DNA of 64,000 bases from Armatimonadota bacterium (GTDB lineage: Bacteria > Armatimonadota > HRBIN16), in contig OY781964.1 in NCBI GenBank assembly GCA_963677485.1, positions 1,536,001 to 1,600,000 of the forward strand, in the 5' to 3' direction. Shown piece after piece: positions 59,769-64,000 of this stretch (positions are counted from its first letter, which is position 1; the number at the start of each line of letters is the position of its first letter). The position numbers were made by a program, and so were the translations under genes. Under the pieces are notes generated by a model that was given only the letters and a program-made list of their open reading frames with translations, was not told where the DNA came from and made no database searches.

Positions 59769-61670
59769 TTAGTAATACTTCTCCAGCCTGAACCTGTCCA
59801 ACCCGGAGTGGCTCAGGATGTCCGCAAACACCTTCTCCTTCAGCCAATAGCCGTTGTCGTATTTCTCGCGCCGTGTCTTGGCTTTCAGGTGTCGCGAGTA
59901 GCCTTTAGGTATCTCCAACACCTTCAGGTCAGCCAGCTCCTGTTTGGTGTAGCTGGTCTTCAGCCCTTGGTCAAGCGATTCCGATCGGTTCAGCTTGAAT
60001 CTCTTCGCCAGCTTATAAAGCATCATCGCATCGGACCATAAATGGTCGCAGACATCGCCATACAGATCAGATATCTTGTCATAGCCCGCCTTGATCGACG
60101 TGCCCCGGAAGGACTGCGGCGTGAGCGGCTTGCCCTTCCACTTCGATATATTCCAGCCGTTGGGCCGTGTGTTCACCCGCGGGTCGATGGTCGCGCACAC
60201 ATCTGGATTCGGGTGATCCTGATCTGCGAACGCCGGAAGATCGACGGTTCTCTCCACCTGTTCGGTCGTGGCCTCATTACCGAACTCCACCGTGCTGTAC
60301 ACAATACGGTCGATATAGCCGTTGCCGTTGGTGTCTGTATATTTCACCTGCGGGTATCGCAGACCAGCCGGCGGCACCGGTCCCTCGGCGGTAGCTGTTC
60401 TGTCGACGCTGCCTTTATATAGACCCAGATAGTCCACCTGCCAGATGGAAAACTCCGAATGGAAGAGATGAATCCGTCCATCGAACTTGCCGACATACAG
60501 CTTGCCTTCTCCTTTGAAGTTCTCGTCGCGCTCGAAGCGGTCGCCGATCTTGTCCGCATACGGAACCCACGGCTCATAGATCGCGAACATCTCTTCCCAG
60601 CGATTGTCGTCGTTGTCCTCATCGAAGAGCAGGAATACACCCTTCCAGCCTTTGAAGTCGGTTCCTATCTTGTAGCCGTCCATATAGGGCAGATATCTGC
60701 GCTCCGGCTGAAGGCGTGTTTTGGCCATGTTCTCCGACAGGAACTCCGAGCCCTTCAATCCTATGATCTGGGGGATGGTCTCAGAATAACCGGTGTAGTC
60801 CAGACCAGCACCGTCATAGTTATAGTAGGTGAGCTGCATGTCCAGCGAATGAGCACGCTGAGGGCCGGTGTCCTTGTTCAGCTCCCAGGCCACCTCAAAC
60901 TCGCCGAGTGACCCCTTATAGCCGTTCGCGGGATCGCTAGTGTCAGCCGCCCGCATCACGATATCCACATACCCGTTGCAGTTCAGGTCATACCAGGCGA
61001 TGGGGTTTTCCCAGGCGTTCCGGGTGTCGGTTGTGTAGCTGTTGAGGAAGAACCCGGATCCGTTCACATTCATGATGTATCGGCCGCCCGGGTAATATCT
61101 CTGCTCATCTGCATAGTAGAAGGAGCCGAAATCCAGGAACGACATATCGCGTTCGCCGTTCAGGTTGAAATGCAGCTTGTTGGAATAACCTTGACCAGGA
61201 AATAGATGGTAATACTCACCTTCAGGGGAGCCGTCGCCGTTGAGGTCGATACTTCGGTAATACCAGTCGGTAGGAGAATCGAACCGACCGCAGCCGTCCC
61301 TGTCCACCAGCAACGTGTAGGAGCCCCATCCGGCTCGAATCGGGTTCCACATGGCAGGAGGATCTTGACCCACATTGAACGCTTTGTTCAAATAGGCGTT
61401 CCAGTCCTGCCCCTCCCACGCCTCAGGCCACGGTAGTTTACCGCTGTCAAAGACCAGCGCCACCGTCTTGCTTTTCCAGGTGGTGATGAGTGTGTCCGCG
61501 ACGCCGTCTTTGTTCAGGTCGTTATAACCCCATTTTAGGGTGGGATGATCAGCCGAACTGTATTTCAAAGGCAGCGGCTCCGCCTGTGCCGTTTTAGGCA
61601 CGATGAGACAGAGGGCCATCAGCAGTGAGATGCTCAGCCAGGGGAGGCAATCCATCAGCTTGTGCTCCAT
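59769..61670 (-). CDS. Secreted hypothetical protein with DxDxDG-type Ca-binding motifs; possibly truncated by about 21 codons
   Basis: Signal peptide; DLNKDG, DLNGDG, DLNCNG, DTNGNG; the frame continues to 59706 after the TAA. Confidence 0.7.
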   Translation of the reverse strand: MEHKLMDCLPWLSISLLMALCLIVPKTAQAEPLPLKYSSADHPTLKWGYNDLNKDGVADTLITTWKSKTVALVFDSGKLPWPEAWEGQDWNAYLNKAFNVGQDPPAMWNPIRAGWGSYTLLVDRDGCGRFDSPTDWYYRSIDLNGDGSPEGEYYHLFPGQGYSNKLHFNLNGERDMSFLDFGSFYYADEQRYYPGGRYIMNVNGSGFFLNSYTTDTRNAWENPIAWYDLNCNGYVDIVMRAADTSDPANGYKGSLGEFEVAWELNKDTGPQRAHSLDMQLTYYNYDGAGLDYTGYSETIPQIIGLKGSEFLSENMAKTRLQPERRYLPYMDGYKIGTDFKGWKGVFLLFDEDNDDNRWEEMFAIYEPWVPYADKIGDRFERDENFKGEGKLYVGKFDGRIHLFHSEFSIWQVDYLGLYKGSVDRTATAEGPVPPAGLRYPQVKYTDTNGNGYIDRIVYSTVEFGNEATTEQVERTVDLPAFADQDHPNPDVCATIDPRVNTRPNGWNISKWKGKPLTPQSFRGTSIKAGYDKISDLYGDVCDHLWSDAMMLYKLAKRFKLNRSESLDQGLKTSYTKQELADLKVLEIPKGYSRHLKAKTRREKYDNGYWLKEKVFADILSHSGLDRFRLEKYY

Positions 61671-61830
61671 TCAGACACTCCTGCAGTATTACCGGGTATA
61701 GACTGGCTTCAGTTTACCATTATTGGCGCCCAATGTCAGGACGTAACTTCCAGCCATCACTGCAGACGGGGCACGCAGGTGCGTGCCCCATTATTGCTGG
61801 TATCGAATATCTAGTGACTACCCAACGACC

Positions 61831-63915
61831 TCAGTTCACTGGGATCAACCGCAACTCGAACACATCCACTGGCTGCCACCCGCCGTGATCGGGGCCCTTG
61901 GTGAGTGAGATGACGCTCTTACCCGCCTTCTCTATACGCAGAGTGCCCATGTCCATTGTCCTAATTGAGCTGTCGCCCCATGTGGCAGTAGGTGCTACAG
62001 ACAGAGTCACAGCCTTCGCACCGTCGCATTTTGCGGTGAGTTCCGCACCACGCGCATCGGCACAGGTGTAACTCAGTTGGAGCCGATAGTCGCCAGCTTT
62101 CGGCACCGCGATCTCCCACTCCACTGATTCACCTGCATACCATCCGCGGATATTGACCCGACCTGATTCGGTGTTGCCATTGGCTACGTTGGAGCCCACA
62201 AACCGCTTCACGTCGGTGGGCAAAAGCACGAAACTGCCGGATGCATCCGCTTCCATGCTGGTATCCACCGGCCCAAACTCAAAACCGCTCAGTTTAAAGG
62301 GGTAGGCATAGATACTCGGCCGCTGAAAAGGCTGAAGTTTGGGTGTTTCGATGGTGATCTGCCCATCTTTGATGCTGTATTTCAGCTTATGCTTGTCCCC
62401 GAGCAGCGTCACTGAGGCGTTGGGGTTCGCTTTAGTAATATTGACCCGATGCAGTGTCAGCGGCTGGTGATCTTTGGGCCACTGCATGGCGATGGCATAC
62501 AGATCCTTCTGGTCTTTGCTCATGGTGTAACGCACAGAGACCGCGGCATCGGTGCGATAAGCGCCTGACAGATCAGGCCCCTCTCCGAAAAGCTGATAGG
62601 GGCGTGAGCTGTAGATCGCCTCCCCGTTTACTTTCAGCCACTTGCCGATCTCTCGGAAGGTATCCTGCACGATGTCGGGGATGGTGCCATCTGGGCGCGG
62701 TCCGATGTTCAGCAGTAGGCATCCATTCTTGCTGACCACATCCACCAACTGATCGATGCACCACTGCGGACCGCGGAAGCTATCATCACGCTTGTAGCCC
62801 CAGTTCTGCTGCGTGGTGGTGTCGGTCTGCCATGGCTGCTCGCGGATCTGGGCCAGCGCGCTTTGCTCCAGGTCCAGCACGGCCGCCTCGGTGGGGTAGG
62901 CATTGCCCTTGTAGTTCAACACCACGTCCTTGCCCCAGTCCTGAGCACGGTTATAGTAGTGTGCCGCGATTTTAGCGCGGTAGTCGGCGAAGGTGGGCCG
63001 GTCGATACCGGCATCGAACCAGAGCAGATCAGGCTTGGTCAGCTCGATCAGCTCAATCGTGCGCCAGAACTCATCGGCGTCGTAGTTGGTATCTTTAGGA
63101 GGCCACTCATGGTGGTCGTGCGGCACGCCATACAGCTCCACATTAGCGGGGTCCATCGTGTCAAACTCCGGTTTGAAGGTGTACCACAGCCAGTGCCAGG
63201 CATAGTGCGAGGAGACGCCAAACTTCATGCCCTTCTTGCGCACGGCCTTGCCCAACTCCACCGCGACGTTGCGCTTTGGCCCCATCTTCGCGGCGTTCCA
63301 CTTGGAGAAGGAGGTGTCGTACATCGCAAATCCGTCGTGATACATCGCTACCTCGACTACATACTTCGCGCCGCACTCTTGGAAGAAACTCGCCCACTCA
63401 TCGGGGTTCCACTTCTTCGCTGAGAACTGCGGGATGAAATCCTTATAGCCGAAGGTGTCTTGGTTGCCGTAGGTCTCGCGATGATGATCGTAGATGGTGC
63501 CATAGACGGCATCACGCAGACCAGCATCGACATCTTCAAATGGCTGGTACATGAATCGCCCGTAGTCCGCGGTGCCGTAAGCGGGCACGGAGTAGACGCC
63601 CCAGTGCAGGAATATGCCGAATTTGGCATCGCGGAACCACTCCGGCACCTGATACTGCTTCAGCGATTCCATCTCGGGCTTGAACGGGCCTTCCATGTCC
63701 AGTGGGTAATGAACGGCGTTCGGGCCGCTCCATGGGTTTTGGGTGCCTTTGGCGGGTTGTGTGTCTTTCATCTTCAACTCCTGGCACTGTGCATTCTGCA
63801 GCGTGATGAACATGAGGGCCAGCATCACCAGGCCGCTGCAGACCAAAGTTGTCCTGTGTGCGGGCCGCTTCGGTGCCATGCTTGCGGGCCCAGATTTTTC
63901 ATTGCGAACTGTCAT
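61831..63915 (-). CDS. Alpha-L-fucosidase (GH29) with C-terminal CBM6/35-like domain
   Basis: WFRDAKFGIFLHWGVYSVP, HDGFAMY, LLWFD, VSKNGCLLLNIGP.PDGTI, WLKVNGEAIY. Confidence 0.92.
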   Translation of the reverse strand: MTVRNEKSGPASMAPKRPAHRTTLVCSGLVMLALMFITLQNAQCQELKMKDTQPAKGTQNPWSGPNAVHYPLDMEGPFKPEMESLKQYQVPEWFRDAKFGIFLHWGVYSVPAYGTADYGRFMYQPFEDVDAGLRDAVYGTIYDHHRETYGNQDTFGYKDFIPQFSAKKWNPDEWASFFQECGAKYVVEVAMYHDGFAMYDTSFSKWNAAKMGPKRNVAVELGKAVRKKGMKFGVSSHYAWHWLWYTFKPEFDTMDPANVELYGVPHDHHEWPPKDTNYDADEFWRTIELIELTKPDLLWFDAGIDRPTFADYRAKIAAHYYNRAQDWGKDVVLNYKGNAYPTEAAVLDLEQSALAQIREQPWQTDTTTQQNWGYKRDDSFRGPQWCIDQLVDVVSKNGCLLLNIGPRPDGTIPDIVQDTFREIGKWLKVNGEAIYSSRPYQLFGEGPDLSGAYRTDAAVSVRYTMSKDQKDLYAIAMQWPKDHQPLTLHRVNITKANPNASVTLLGDKHKLKYSIKDGQITIETPKLQPFQRPSIYAYPFKLSGFEFGPVDTSMEADASGSFVLLPTDVKRFVGSNVANGNTESGRVNIRGWYAGESVEWEIAVPKAGDYRLQLSYTCADARGAELTAKCDGAKAVTLSVAPTATWGDSSIRTMDMGTLRIEKAGKSVISLTKGPDHGGWQPVDVFELRLIPVN

Positions 63916-63923
63916 CTTGACGG

Positions 63924-64000
63924 TTAGTTCTCAGCGAATGGGTGGCGCCGCACGATCTTGAACACGAAAGCATGCTCGCACGGTCTCACGCTGGGGGTCT
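63924..64000 (-). CDS. C-terminal end of an upstream gene, probably another GH29
   Basis: Manual translation TPSVRPCEHAFVFKIVRRHPFAEN*; resembles the GH29 C-terminal strand (compare RPSIYAYPFKL in the neighbour). Confidence 0.5.
   Translation of the reverse strand, partial: TPSVRPCEHAFVFKIVRRHPFAEN

Noticed and set aside
59635-59847. Frameshifted continuation ORF of 70 aa
   Set aside because: In-frame continuation past the TAA is the more protein-like explanation.

Overview
GC-rich bacterial chromosomal segment. The gene content (DUF6785-like membrane protein, many large secreted glycan-active proteins) suggests Armatimonadota or a similar lineage; this is inference only. Most of the window encodes carbohydrate-active enzymes: two tandem GH116, GH32, GH36, GH29 (plus the end of a probable second GH29), beta-helix proteins, CE4, a GH18-CE4-GT2 fusion and several unclassified GH-like proteins. 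Embedded in this are: (1) an AT-richer two-gene island encoding a 984-aa protein and a 1626-aa DEAH helicase with a DUF1998-like tail, resembling a divergent Druantia type III (DruH/DruE) defence system; (2) directly upstream on the same strand, an orphan N6A/N4C methyltransferase and metK, the latter behind a SAM-I/IV riboswitch that can be folded by hand; (3) an AAA_21 ATPase/DUF4276-like pair; (4) a small exported Cys/Lys-rich peptide. Many intergenic gaps are mosaics of several REP/REPIN-like and 9-10-nt periodic repeat families, some flanking AT-rich orphan genes. I found no CRISPR array, tRNA, rRNA or transposase. All family calls come from motif recognition by eye, not database searches.
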